Shown here piece after piece: positions 29,636 to 39,921 of a stretch of 64,000 nt of DNA; the stretch's first letter is position 1; each line of letters begins with the position of its first letter. Where the stretch lies: contig CAVTRN010000002.1 in NCBI GenBank assembly GCA_963737155.1, forward strand, positions 2,752,001-2,816,000. The letters run 5' to 3'. The notes beneath the pieces are model-generated. The model had not been told where the DNA came from. It saw only the letters and a program-made list of their open reading frames with translations, and made no database searches. A program made the translations under genes and the position numbers. Source of the DNA: Nitrospirota bacterium (GTDB lineage: Bacteria; Nitrospirota; UBA9217).

Positions 29636-32296
29636 ATGCAGGAACGCCGAGACGCAGAAAAACACAAAACGATATATCTCAGGGATTATCGTCCCCCCGA
29701 CTATCTTATAGATACCGTGAATCTGGAATTCGATCTGGACGAGAATCGGACAGCCGTTAAATCAATATTTACGGTTGTCTGCAACTACGACAAATGCGGA
29801 GGGATCCGTCCCTTCGTATTGAATGGCAGAGATTTGGTGTTGAAGTCCCTTAAACTTGACGGACGGACCCTCGCGGAACGCGATTTCAAGATCGACGATC
29901 ATTCGCTGACACTCTTGCCCGTATTGAACCAGTTCGTGCTCGAGCTCGAAACCGAAATCAATCCCTCAGCAAACAACGAACTTTCCGGACTCTATCTCTC
30001 GGGCGGCAATTTCTGCACTCAGTGCGAGGCTGAAGGTTTCCGGAAAATCACTTACTACCCTGACCGACCCGATGTCATGGCGCGGTTCTTCACCACCATT
30101 GTTGGAGATCAGGCAAAGTGTCCTGTCCTGCTCTCCAACGGGAATCTCATTGGATCCGGCAAGCTCAAGGACGGGAGGCATTTTGCAAAATGGCATGACC
30201 CCTACCCTAAGCCGGCCTATCTTTTCGCCCTAGTAGCCGGCGATCTAGCGCGCATTCAGGACACTTTCATCACGATAAGTGGGAGAAAGGTGGATATAAG
30301 TATTTATGTGCAGCACCATAACAGGGACAAATGCGCATATGCCATGGAGTCGCTCAAGCTCGCCATGAAGTGGGATGAGGAGACCTACGGCAGGGAGTAT
30401 GATCTCGACACTTTCATGATAGTGGCTGTTGATGATTTCAATATGGGCGCTATGGAGAACAAGGGACTGAACATTTTCAATTCAAAATACGTGCTCGCCA
30501 GATCCGAAACAGCCACGGACGCAGATTTTCAGGGGATATTGGGAGTCGTGGGGCACGAGTACTTTCACAACTGGTCGGGTGACCGCGTAACCTGCAGGGA
30601 CTGGTTTCAGCTCTCGCTCAAGGAGGGCTTTACCGTTTTCCGCGACCAGCACTTCGTGGAGGACATGACTTCTCCCGGGGTGAAGCGCATCAGTGATGTG
30701 AATGTGCTACGCGCACACCAATTCCGCGAAGACTCGAGCCCCATGGCCCACCCAGTCAGGCCGGACTCATATGTCGAGATCAACAATTTCTATACCGTCA
30801 CGGTTTATAACAAGGGCGCCGAACTGATCCGCATGTTGAGGACTATTCTGGGCCCTGCGGGATTCAGGAAAGGCACGGATCTCTACTTTTCGAGGCACGA
30901 TGGACAGGCGGTCACGATCGATGCCTTCTTGAAAGCCATGGAAGACGCGAACAGCACCGACCTCGTTCTGTTCCGACGCTGGTATACACAGGCAGGCACC
31001 CCAGAACTGCATATAACGCGGTCATACAATGCAAAAGCGAAGACCTACAAACTTACGATTAAGCAGACCTGTCCTCCCACGCCGGGCCAGCCCAAAAAGG
31101 AGCCTTTACATATCCCTATTGCCGTAGGATTGCTCGGCAGCAATGGCCGAGATCTTCAGCTCGCGCTCGGCAAAGAGATAGACCAGGGGAGGAACGGAAA
31201 CACCATCGTACTGCACCTCAGGACACAGGCGGAAACATTCGTTTTTTCAGGCATCTCCGAAAAACCCGTGCCGTCTATACTTCGACATTTTTCAGCGCCC
31301 GTTAAAATAAAATCCGACCTGACCGATGACGAACTCCTGTTTCTCATGGCTAATGACTCCGACGAGTTTAACCGCTGGGACGCAGGACAGCAGCTTGCCG
31401 TGAAACTCCTCATGAACCTGGTAAAGGATTACCAGCACGGCAAAACGCTCAAGCTCGACCGCAACTTCATCTGTGCTTTCAACAAGACGCTGGAAAGTAG
31501 AATGCCCGACAAAGCATTCCAGACTGTTGCCCTCTCTCTACCCGTCGACATCTATCTGGCTGATTTTATGCGTGTGATCGATCCGATAGCGATCTCCGAA
31601 GTCCGGAAGTTCGTGCAACAAACCCTGGCAACAGATCTGAAGGAAACGTTTCTCGCCGTATATTACACCAATCAGGACACTGGACCCTACCGCGTGGACC
31701 AGGCATCAATTGGACGGAGAAGTCTCAAGAACATTTGTCTTGCCTATCTCATGGAGCTTGACGAACCAGGCATCCGGAAACTCTGCATGGAGCAATATCA
31801 GAATGCGGAGAACATGACCGACCGCGTGGCCAGCCTCGCAACGCTGGCAAACTTCGACTGCGCCGAACGGGCTGATGCGCTCGCGTCATTCTATGAAACC
31901 TGGAAAAATGATTCTCTCGTCATGGACAAATGGCTTTCCATCCAGGCTTTGTCGCGCCTGACGGACACGCTCAAAACCGTCAAATCGCTCATGTTCCACC
32001 CGGCTTTCAACCTCAAGAATCCGAACAAGGTGCGCGCACTTATAGGAGCATTTTCATCTAATACCGTCCGTTTTCATGCGCCCAACGGAGAGGGTTATAC
32101 CTTTTTAGCGGATCAGGTCCTGACTATCGACAACCTGAACCCCCAGATTGCCGCGCGCCTCGTCGCGACTTTCACGATGTGGAAACGGTATGACGAGAAG
32201 CGCAAGGTCTTGATGAAAGCGGAACTCGAGAGAATCCTCGCCGCTCCGAAACTTTCCAAGGACGTGCATGAAATAGTTTCGAAAAGCTTATCATGA
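29636..32296 (+). CDS. pepN: Aminopeptidase N
   Basis: GAMENKGLN, HEYFHNWSG, NPNKVRALIG. Confidence 0.97.
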   Translation: MQERRDAEKHKTIYLRDYRPPDYLIDTVNLEFDLDENRTAVKSIFTVVCNYDKCGGIRPFVLNGRDLVLKSLKLDGRTLAERDFKIDDHSLTLLPVLNQFVLELETEINPSANNELSGLYLSGGNFCTQCEAEGFRKITYYPDRPDVMARFFTTIVGDQAKCPVLLSNGNLIGSGKLKDGRHFAKWHDPYPKPAYLFALVAGDLARIQDTFITISGRKVDISIYVQHHNRDKCAYAMESLKLAMKWDEETYGREYDLDTFMIVAVDDFNMGAMENKGLNIFNSKYVLARSETATDADFQGILGVVGHEYFHNWSGDRVTCRDWFQLSLKEGFTVFRDQHFVEDMTSPGVKRISDVNVLRAHQFREDSSPMAHPVRPDSYVEINNFYTVTVYNKGAELIRMLRTILGPAGFRKGTDLYFSRHDGQAVTIDAFLKAMEDANSTDLVLFRRWYTQAGTPELHITRSYNAKAKTYKLTIKQTCPPTPGQPKKEPLHIPIAVGLLGSNGRDLQLALGKEIDQGRNGNTIVLHLRTQAETFVFSGISEKPVPSILRHFSAPVKIKSDLTDDELLFLMANDSDEFNRWDAGQQLAVKLLMNLVKDYQHGKTLKLDRNFICAFNKTLESRMPDKAFQTVALSLPVDIYLADFMRVIDPIAISEVRKFVQQTLATDLKETFLAVYYTNQDTGPYRVDQASIGRRSLKNICLAYLMELDEPGIRKLCMEQYQNAENMTDRVASLATLANFDCAERADALASFYETWKNDSLVMDKWLSIQALSRLTDTLKTVKSLMFHPAFNLKNPNKVRALIGAFSSNTVRFHAPNGEGYTFLADQVLTIDNLNPQIAARLVATFTMWKRYDEKRKVLMKAELERILAAPKLSKDVHEIVSKSLS

Positions 32297-32579
32297 GCCG
32301 CCAGTCCTCTTTGCTTCCCTGGACCCACGAACGCCATAAACGTAGGAAGAGCGGAATATGAAAATCTGTTTTCCAGTTCTAGGGGACGAGGAGATCGACA
32401 ACACTGTGTTCAACGATTTTGGCTCAGCGCCTTTTTTGTAGTTTTTCGTCACGAGTACGAACAACGATAAGCAACCGGGACCGGATCCATTCCATGGAGC
32501 GCGCAACCGTTCCTAAAACCATAGTATTTTATTTCTCATAACTATGACGGCAGCCGAACAGTGCTGCTGCCGGTTAACG

Positions 32580-34268
32580 TCAGGGATTCCCGCCCTGATT
32601 CGCCCAAGTCCCGTTGTTTGCTGATCGGGATTGCTTCTGGCGCCTTTTCAGCAAGACTGCTGCTGGCAGGTGGCCCGGAGAATTGCGCTGTCGACGGGGT
32701 GATGGCTTCTTCTGCAATTCAGCGCAGCCTGGGGAGTCCTGTAAGGACCGTCGTTGGTAGAGACTGTGATGATTTCCACAACCTCCCCGAGTCTTCATCT
32801 TGCTCCAAAACTTCCAGATGTGCTCCTCTCGATTCCTTGCAGGTAGAGGGGAGGCGGTTCTGCCTGGTATGGGAGACTCGGAATATCCTTGAACTCTTCT
32901 CGCGATAGCAAGCGCCGCTGCTTCATGCGGCGAGATGCCATGAATAGACATATAATTGTTTCTGCCGATAACGGATGTGTAAGCAGGATTCACGGAGAGC
33001 ACACCGACGCCTGCCTTAAATGCTCTGCGGTCAAGCATGTTTAAAAAGGTGGAATAGGCGAACCCGGACAGCATCCGCGCATACGTTACTCCCTGCTCCT
33101 TGAGAGATGCTTTCTTCTTTTCGAAGTCAAGAGTTTCATGAGCGACGGGTTTCCCTGTTTTAATTGACCGGTCGATAATGCCGACGCAGATATCACCGTA
33201 AGTTGCCTCGGTCTGTTCCGTGGTTCTGTCTTTTATACATGCAGCATACGTTGTGTGCCAGACAAAATTGCCGAACCGGTCAGTCTCGGAAACAGCAATC
33301 TCTTTTTCGTTTGCATCTACGCCAATACATCCGATTTCTTGCGGTTTCCCGGTAATTGTTTCTCTTTGGGGGATATCAACTGAAGAATACAGATACCAAC
33401 CCTTCTCGCCACGGACAAACCGGTGGGTGATTGCCTGGCTGCGCGGGAGTGCCTGCTCAATATATTCCTGCCCGTAAGGATATGTTACGGTAGGCACCAT
33501 GATGTGTTTACCGTATTTTTTGGCAAGATAGTTTGGGACCCGTATCCTGAGCGACCCGTCGATGCCAAGCGTGCAGGTCTGGTTGCCGGCCGTTTCATCC
33601 TTCGATCCCAGACAAAACGATGAAGAGCTTCGGGCAGCCTTCCAGGCAGACAGCCAGTTATTGTGGGATTTATAATCGTTTTCAGAAAGGCTGAACTGCT
33701 TGTGGAAAAGTTTCTTTGTCCCAAAGCAAATCCTGATTCGGCCTTTGCCCAAATCGTATTTTAGCTTTTCCAGTTTCTGCTCCGATGAATGGAGCTTCCG
33801 TTTTTTGTTGTGGACCGCAAAACGGAGAGAATCCACGCTGGTCGTTTTCTCATATTCGGACAATTCCGTGTCTTTGCGTATGTCAATGATACGGTTCTCT
33901 CTGGTTTTAATCCATTTTCTCGCAGATTTTATTTTGTGCTCGAGCTTTTCAATCCGTAGTTTTAATACCTCAACCGCGGAGCTGATATTGCCGTCAAGAT
34001 CGTAGCGGATAGCGTTAAACTGCCGGGCGGTGATACCATACCTGACAAGATACTCATTTTTGAATGAAATGGGTTTGTTGCCGGAACGAACGCTGTCTTT
34101 AAAGAGAGAGCGTTTGATGTGCCCGTATGAGTCGCCGATATCGTCAAGAACATGATAAAGAGACTTCTTTGTGTCCAGGTAAGACATGTCAATCAGCAAA
34201 GTTTGAGCGGTAAAAGAAAGTGCTTCACTTTTGCCGCTCTTGCCCATTTTATCCTTATTACTTGCCAT
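32580..34268 (-). CDS. tnpB: TnpB-related RuvC protein (large, no zinc finger)
   Basis: IGVDAN (RuvC-I), AHETLDF (RuvC-II), VNPAYTS, HEAAALAIARR. Confidence 0.88.
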   Translation of the reverse strand: MASNKDKMGKSGKSEALSFTAQTLLIDMSYLDTKKSLYHVLDDIGDSYGHIKRSLFKDSVRSGNKPISFKNEYLVRYGITARQFNAIRYDLDGNISSAVEVLKLRIEKLEHKIKSARKWIKTRENRIIDIRKDTELSEYEKTTSVDSLRFAVHNKKRKLHSSEQKLEKLKYDLGKGRIRICFGTKKLFHKQFSLSENDYKSHNNWLSAWKAARSSSSFCLGSKDETAGNQTCTLGIDGSLRIRVPNYLAKKYGKHIMVPTVTYPYGQEYIEQALPRSQAITHRFVRGEKGWYLYSSVDIPQRETITGKPQEIGCIGVDANEKEIAVSETDRFGNFVWHTTYAACIKDRTTEQTEATYGDICVGIIDRSIKTGKPVAHETLDFEKKKASLKEQGVTYARMLSGFAYSTFLNMLDRRAFKAGVGVLSVNPAYTSVIGRNNYMSIHGISPHEAAALAIARRVQGYSESPIPGRTASPLPARNREEHIWKFWSKMKTRGGCGNHHSLYQRRSLQDSPGCAELQKKPSPRRQRNSPGHLPAAVLLKRRQKQSRSANNGTWANQGGNP

Positions 34269-34824
34269 TTTCCATGGCCTCCAGAGCTTTTTTTGCTTTA
34301 TTGGCCGCTGACCGGCGTCCGTAGAGCCTTGCGCAAAACGATGTCAATACTTCAATCATGTCCTGCACCAGATCGTCCTTTAGCTCGGTCTGGTCTACAA
34401 TAATAAGTTGACGACCTTGAGCTCGAAGTGCCGATTCTACATACTCAGATCCAAACCGCATAAGCCGGTCACAATGCTCGATGACAATAATACTGACGTT
34501 GGAGTCGGCAAGCAGCTTCATGAGTTTTGGCCTGTGCCCATTAAGACCAGATCCAACCTCAGATACCGCTTTTGAAACTGACAACCCTTTGGAAGCGGCA
34601 TATACGGAAAGCCGCCCGAGCTGCCCGTCCAGGTCTTTCTTTTGGTCATGACTGGATACCCGGGCATAAAGAGCAACAGAACCTTGGGCAGTTTTCTGCT
34701 CTTTTATAATGATGGTTCCGGTAGGCATCTGCTCAGCCTCAACCGGCAGCTTGCCAGCCTTCCACCATTTCCATGCCGCTTGATAGGTTATACCTTGTTG
34801 CTTTGCCCATACGCTTAGCTTCAT
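34258..34824 (-). CDS. tnpA: IS607 serine recombinase transposase
   Basis: N-terminal MerR-like HTH, YARVSSHDQKKDL, DRLMRFG, FCARLYGRRS. Confidence 0.95.
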   Translation of the reverse strand: MKLSVWAKQQGITYQAAWKWWKAGKLPVEAEQMPTGTIIIKEQKTAQGSVALYARVSSHDQKKDLDGQLGRLSVYAASKGLSVSKAVSEVGSGLNGHRPKLMKLLADSNVSIIVIEHCDRLMRFGSEYVESALRAQGRQLIIVDQTELKDDLVQDMIEVLTSFCARLYGRRSAANKAKKALEAMENGK

Positions 34825-35233
34825 AAATACATTATATCATATAAAATTATATTATACAATATAAATATAAACAGTATTCTACCCTATGAAAGCATTCGAC
34901 AACCAGAAGGCTGACACCATCGTTGTAGAGAATTTGGCGCCGGAGCTCTCATCGGGCTCAACCAGATGGGCATTCGGGGTCATCGTTCCCGGGCAGCAAC
35001 AACCGGGAGAATATCACGATGATTGCCTCGCAAAGCATCCCCAGGTCGACACCCCGAGTCTGCTGTGGTGGACACTGCAAAGATGGTGGGTGTGCTCACT
35101 AACCTTTAGATGGCTGGCAGTATTGATGATCTCGCGAAAAAAACGGGTGAGTTACCCTTGTTGTCAGTAATGCTTGTAGAGCATCGTGCATTTCAGTATG
35201 ATTTCGTAATCACGTTTCACATAATAAGGAGAA

Positions 35234-35569
35234 ATGGACATGTCACTTCTAAATCAAGCTCGTGGGTACATTTATGTTTATGATATCCTTAGGCAACGGA
35301 AGGAAGACCCTTTCTGCCGGACTTGCAGCGCTTACAACAATACCATCACGGCGATACGTGAATCCCTCGCCAACTTCGAAAGCCAACTCGCCATTGACGA
35401 GAAGATACTGCCCGCTGAGTTCTCTCATCTTTTTTCCCAAGCCAGAGCCGGAATCGCTTCCCTGAAAATGCCGGAAAATCCGACAGGCCAGAAAAAAGCG
35501 GGCAACTGCAAACTGCCGGAAGGCGTTTGTTTCGTCAAATTGTCCTATATGATTTTTCAAAAACTCTGA
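35234..35569 (+). CDS. Hypothetical protein with four Cys
   Basis: AAGGAG RBS; CRTC and C-x6-C. Confidence 0.7.
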   Translation: MDMSLLNQARGYIYVYDILRQRKEDPFCRTCSAYNNTITAIRESLANFESQLAIDEKILPAEFSHLFSQARAGIASLKMPENPTGQKKAGNCKLPEGVCFVKLSYMIFQKL

Positions 35570-35655
35570 CTCGTTTTTTATACAAGCCCCAAACTTGAGC
35601 CGACCAACAGGATGGATACAGGATCAGATTTACCGCCATTTTAGAAATGCCTGAC

Positions 35656-35900
35656 AACTTCATGCCGACGTATACAAAACCTTTTCAAGGCCCAAAAGAC
35701 TGATGATCCTCAAAATTCTGAAGGCAGGCAAACTGTCGCCCTTCGACTTCATGAAAGAACCTGGCATGAAGGAAAACACGTCGCGGCGTCTGGCACTGAC
35801 GCGCCTTATTGGCATCCAGAGAACCCAGGGAGATGGCACCAAGATACATATATTACCGAATGGAGATTGATAATTTCTTCCCTGCCTGCGGACCAAAGAT
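35656..35900 (+). pseudogene. ArsR/SmtB-family regulator pseudogene
   Basis: QLHADVYKTFSRPKRLMILKILK...NTSRRLALTR.IGI...GDGTKI; no intact start and the 3' end is frameshifted. Confidence 0.65.
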
Positions 35901-36737
35901 TCCCGAATTAGCATCTCGTTCTATGAAAGTTTGCTGATTCTGTTGGCAGCAGCAGGATGTTTTTTTTCGCGTTTAAGGTAGACGTCTTCCGGGATACTGA
36001 ATCGCACTTTGGAAAAGCGACGGTTGCCCTAGATAGCATTTTGCCTGAGTGTCGCGAAAGGTCGGATTTCTATCTGAAACCAAACGGTCTGGCTTTTATA
36101 GCTTTTTTATTTACGGAGAGCAAGCCAAGATTTATATGACTGCCAAAGCAATCCAGTGCTGCCTGAGCTCTTCGTGAGTGCAACCGAAACGACCACAGGA
36201 GCATTATTGCTTAAAAGCGACATCAAGGTCGAGTCGGTGGGTATCTTGCCGGCGGTTCTTCAATTTTCTTTAGTGTACCCCATGGTTGCATACCAGCGCT
36301 TTGTTGCAGAAAATGCAAGCAAACTAACTAAAGCGCTCAAAGAGGGGAATCGAAAATCCTCTTTTTTTGCGGCAGCGGCGCAGCTATGGAACACCGATAA
36401 GATAAAGACAACGGACTCACTCCTTTCCAGGGACATCGACCCCACCTTCTTGCTTGATCAACGAATTGAAGCCAAGTATCCACAAAAGGACTACCATCGG
36501 ATGGAAGTGGGGAAAATTAATAAATGCCTGTTTCACAAATTTTGGAACAACAGCCGGCCGCCGATGCTGTCCGGAGTCCGGCATCAACGCGCGAACCCTG
36601 TCCCACGAACAACATCAAGGCTCCATCCTACTTTTGTCTTTTTTAGGGGAATCGCCAAAATTTTAAAAAGTGAAAAGACGATAGTCGTCCCCTTTCTTGG
36701 CTCCTAAAAAATATTGCAACTGGATAAATTTAGTGCC

Positions 36738-36765
36738 TTGACACTGCGATATTCTTTGATACAAT
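36738..36765 (+). promoter_or_regulatory. Sigma70 promoter, probably leaderless
   Basis: TTGACA-N16-TACAAT with extended TG; ATG 6 nt downstream of the -10. Confidence 0.7.
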
Positions 36766-36771
36766 GTAGGC

Positions 36772-37755
36772 ATGCGAGAACCTTCTATCAAATCCCTCAT
36801 TCTGCTTTCACTTCTCATGGTATTCTTATCCCCTACAGTTGTTGTGTCGATGGAAAACTGTTATGACTGCCACGGGACAAAAGGCATGAAGGATTATATA
36901 GACCGTACTCTTTTTGAGCAATCCGTACATATGTTCCTGACCTGCGATAAGTGCCATATAGATGTGACCACAATTCCTCATGGTAAAGTTGCCAAGGTTC
37001 ATTGTGGCATCTGCCATTTCCTCGGGAGGGAGGGTGCTCCGAAGGAACAGGCCTCGGAATACAAGCTGAGCGTCCACGGCCGTGCGACTGCGGCGGGAAA
37101 TATGGCGGCGCCGACCTGCCAAACCTGTCATGGTTCTCATTATATCTATCCTTCTGCTGATGCGAGATCAGAGACAAACAGGTGGAAGATACCTTCACTC
37201 TGTTCCCAGTGTCATCTTCAGGAGTTCGAGGTTTATAAGGGAAGTATTCACGGAAAGGAGCTTCTGGACGATCATAAAACGGCCGCACCCACCTGCTTTG
37301 ATTGCCACCAAGAGCATATGACGCCGCCTACCGCGAGCAACCAGTGGCAGCTGTCGCTGATCAAAGAATGCGGGATGTGCCATTCCGCGGAAATGCAAAC
37401 CTACCGGGAAACTATTCACGGCAAGATTACCGAACTTGGCTATGCAACGGTGGCAAAGTGCTCGGACTGCCACGGATCACACAATATTCAGCCGCCCGAC
37501 AATCCTCAGTCGACCGTCTCGCAGCAGAACATCCTAAGTACTTGCAGAAAGTGTCATCCAGACGCCACGGTCGGTTTCACGAAATACTATGCCCATGGAG
37601 AGAAAAGTAACAAAGCAAAATACCCCCTACTCTACTATACGTATCTCTTCATGACGATACTCCTTATCGGCGTGTTCGCATTCTTCTTCACTCACACGTT
37701 CCTCTGGGCTTACCGCTCGATGAAAGAACGACTACATAAAAAGGGAGGCGAGTAA
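36772..37755 (+). CDS. Nine-heme cytochrome c with C-terminal membrane anchor (CbcL c-domain-like)
   Basis: Signal peptide, nine CxxCH motifs counted, C-terminal TM helix containing His. Confidence 0.92.
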   Translation: MREPSIKSLILLSLLMVFLSPTVVVSMENCYDCHGTKGMKDYIDRTLFEQSVHMFLTCDKCHIDVTTIPHGKVAKVHCGICHFLGREGAPKEQASEYKLSVHGRATAAGNMAAPTCQTCHGSHYIYPSADARSETNRWKIPSLCSQCHLQEFEVYKGSIHGKELLDDHKTAAPTCFDCHQEHMTPPTASNQWQLSLIKECGMCHSAEMQTYRETIHGKITELGYATVAKCSDCHGSHNIQPPDNPQSTVSQQNILSTCRKCHPDATVGFTKYYAHGEKSNKAKYPLLYYTYLFMTILLIGVFAFFFTHTFLWAYRSMKERLHKKGGE

Positions 37756-37756
37756 C

Positions 37757-38572
37757 ATGGTATTGATAAAAAGGTTAAACGCCTACCATCGAATCCTCCA
37801 CATTACCATGGCTGTGAGTTTTATCGGGCTCGTTGCCTCCGGAATGCCACTCAAGTACGCCGGAGCTCCCTGGGCAGCATGGCTTATGAAACTGCTTGGC
37901 GGATACCATGCAGCCGGTGTCATCCACCGGACATGCGCCGTCATCACTTTCGGATATTTTGCGGCCCATATCGGTTACGTGCTGTATTACATCGCAATCG
38001 TCAGAAAATTCAGGTTTAACGTCCTCGGGCCGGAATCCATGGTTCCATGGATCAAGGATCTCACGGATATTTACGCCAGTTTCCGATGGTTTCTCGGTTT
38101 CGGCCCCCGGCCCCAATTTGACAGGTGGGCCTATTGGGAAAAATTCGATTACTGGGCCGTGTTCTGGGGCGTCGGCATGATTGGCGTTTCGGGCCTTTTT
38201 CTTTGGTTCCCCGAGTTTTTCGGCCGCTTTGTCCCGGGGTGGGCATTCAATATAGCAACGGTCATCCACAGCGATGAAGCACTCCTTGCAGCCGGTTTCA
38301 TTTTCACAATTCATTATTTCAATACCCATCTGCGGCCAGAGAAGTTCCCCATGGATCCAGTTATCTTTACCGGAACGCTCTCGCTCCAGGAATTACAGCA
38401 TGAGCGGCCCCTCGAATACCAACGTCTTACCGAGGCACACCGAATCGAACAGACTACGACCACGCCCCAAGCATCGTGGTTGACCAATACCGGCATCATC
38501 TTCGGCTTCCTTTTGGTGCTGAGCGGTTTTTTACTGCTCATCCTGATTATTATGGGTCAGTTCATCTACTGA
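37757..38572 (+). CDS. Membrane b-type cytochrome (HydC/FdnI-like, CbcL b-domain-like)
   Basis: HRILH, IHRTCA, YWEKFDYWAVFWG, IHSDEALLA, HLRPEKFPMD. Confidence 0.88.
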   Translation: MVLIKRLNAYHRILHITMAVSFIGLVASGMPLKYAGAPWAAWLMKLLGGYHAAGVIHRTCAVITFGYFAAHIGYVLYYIAIVRKFRFNVLGPESMVPWIKDLTDIYASFRWFLGFGPRPQFDRWAYWEKFDYWAVFWGVGMIGVSGLFLWFPEFFGRFVPGWAFNIATVIHSDEALLAAGFIFTIHYFNTHLRPEKFPMDPVIFTGTLSLQELQHERPLEYQRLTEAHRIEQTTTTPQASWLTNTGIIFGFLLVLSGFLLLILIIMGQFIY

Positions 38573-38573
38573 T

Positions 38574-39281
38574 ATGTCATTAGCCCAACGGGATCTATTC
38601 ATAAAACATATATTCACGACCGTTGCCCCCTACGTCGATCTACTCAGCAGTGGCTTCAGCTTCGGGTTTGACCACTACTGGCGCAGACAGGCCATTCTGC
38701 TGTCTGGGATCGCTGAAGGAGACCGGGTGCTCGATGTCTGCACGGGTACCGGCGAACTGGCCATCCCCCTCGCCAAAAAAGTCGGGGACAAGGGGTCGGT
38801 AACTGGCGCCGATTTCTGTGAGGAAATGCTCATGCATGCCCGCAGAAAAACCGGCGCACGGTATAAAAATCTGTCCTTTCTCCTGTCCGATGCCAAAAGG
38901 CTCCCCTTCCGTGACAATACATTCGATGCCGTCACTGTTGCTTTCGGTATGCGAAACATCCCCGACACCTCACTGGCACTGCAGGAAATCAAGCGCGTGT
39001 TGAAACCGGGTGGGAAATTCATGTGCCTCGAACTCACTCGGCCCAAGGGAAACTGGTTCCGCACTGTTTATGAATGGTACGTCTTCCGGATCATGCCCCT
39101 GATCGGGAAAATGGTCGTCAAGACCTCCGCACCCTATCTCTACCTCCCCCGCTCCATTAATGCCTTTTATCCACCTACCGAGTTCCGATACATCATCGCC
39201 GAATCTGGGTACAAGAATGTAACTGTGGATTCCCTCACCATGGGAATCGCCACCATTTACCGGGCGGTAAAAAATGGATAA
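38574..39281 (+). CDS. UbiE/MenG-family quinone C-methyltransferase
   Basis: VLDVCTGTGE, DFCEEML, AFGMRNI, VLKPGG, YLYLPRSI. Confidence 0.88.
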   Translation: MSLAQRDLFIKHIFTTVAPYVDLLSSGFSFGFDHYWRRQAILLSGIAEGDRVLDVCTGTGELAIPLAKKVGDKGSVTGADFCEEMLMHARRKTGARYKNLSFLLSDAKRLPFRDNTFDAVTVAFGMRNIPDTSLALQEIKRVLKPGGKFMCLELTRPKGNWFRTVYEWYVFRIMPLIGKMVVKTSAPYLYLPRSINAFYPPTEFRYIIAESGYKNVTVDSLTMGIATIYRAVKNG

Positions 39282-39921
39282 GGTAGCCATCCTATGCGAT
39301 AGGGACAGGATTCTGATGGAGCACTTTTCCCACCAAAGCCTGGACCGCATGAGCAACCACACAACGCTGCTCGGTTCACTCCCTTTTTTTTCGACCTATC
39401 AGAACGCGAACGTGAAAAAAGAAGTGGACAAAGACCGGCTCATCATCATGGAGGTGGCTGAGGCCTTTGAATCGGGAAAACCCGTGTGCGATATCGATCT
39501 TGAAGAAATTTTCGAGAATACGAAGGAAGTGGACAGGGGGTTTTTGAATAAACTCACGATCGCCCCATTTACCCTCTCGGTTCGTTATAGTGATTTTGCC
39601 GACATCCGCATTCAGCGCATTTGGCTCATTGCAAAAGCCGTTTACGCGCTGCTCGCGCACTGGCCGGAAGGTGCGTCATTCATAAATGCCGTAAGATATG
39701 CCTATTCGGAGAAAAAATTCAAGGATATCCTTGATGAAATCCTGCACCTGTACAACGAGGAAACGAGGATGCTGAGTAAATCCATACGGCACCTCGGGCC
39801 CTTCAGGCCGGCGGTGAGCGCCTATACCGATGCACTTTACCAAGCCATGGAAGAAGTGAAAGAAGAAATCACCGTGTCCGCCGTACGACGCATTTTTGGA
39901 GATAAAACAGTCTATGCCTAA
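39274..39921 (+). CDS. Hypothetical helical protein
   Basis: Overlaps both neighbours by 8 nt; no recognisable motif. Confidence 0.75.
   Translation: MDKVAILCDRDRILMEHFSHQSLDRMSNHTTLLGSLPFFSTYQNANVKKEVDKDRLIIMEVAEAFESGKPVCDIDLEEIFENTKEVDRGFLNKLTIAPFTLSVRYSDFADIRIQRIWLIAKAVYALLAHWPEGASFINAVRYAYSEKKFKDILDEILHLYNEETRMLSKSIRHLGPFRPAVSAYTDALYQAMEEVKEEITVSAVRRIFGDKTVYA

Larger units (their letters stand above)
32509..34883 (-). mobile_element. IS607-family element (TnpA + TnpB)
   Basis: Overlapping tnpA-tnpB; boundaries defined by the split host gene with a CC/GG core at both junctions; no TIR or TSD. Confidence 0.92.
32358..35102 (+). pseudogene. NifB/NifX-family (FeMo-co binding-like) pseudogene interrupted by IS607
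   Basis: 5' half MKICFPV..VFNDFGSAPF (32358-32508); 3' half PMKAFDNQKADTIVV..GAGALIGLNQMGI..CGGH..GGCAH (34884-35102); stops and frameshifts present. Confidence 0.8.

Noticed and set aside
32580-34268. TnpB as Cas12 or as part of an IStron
   Set aside because: No CRISPR array; the left end is only about 60 bp, leaving no room for a group I intron core
36156-36707. 183-aa ORF
   Set aside because: GTG start without an RBS and no recognisable motif; probably decayed sequence, left uncalled
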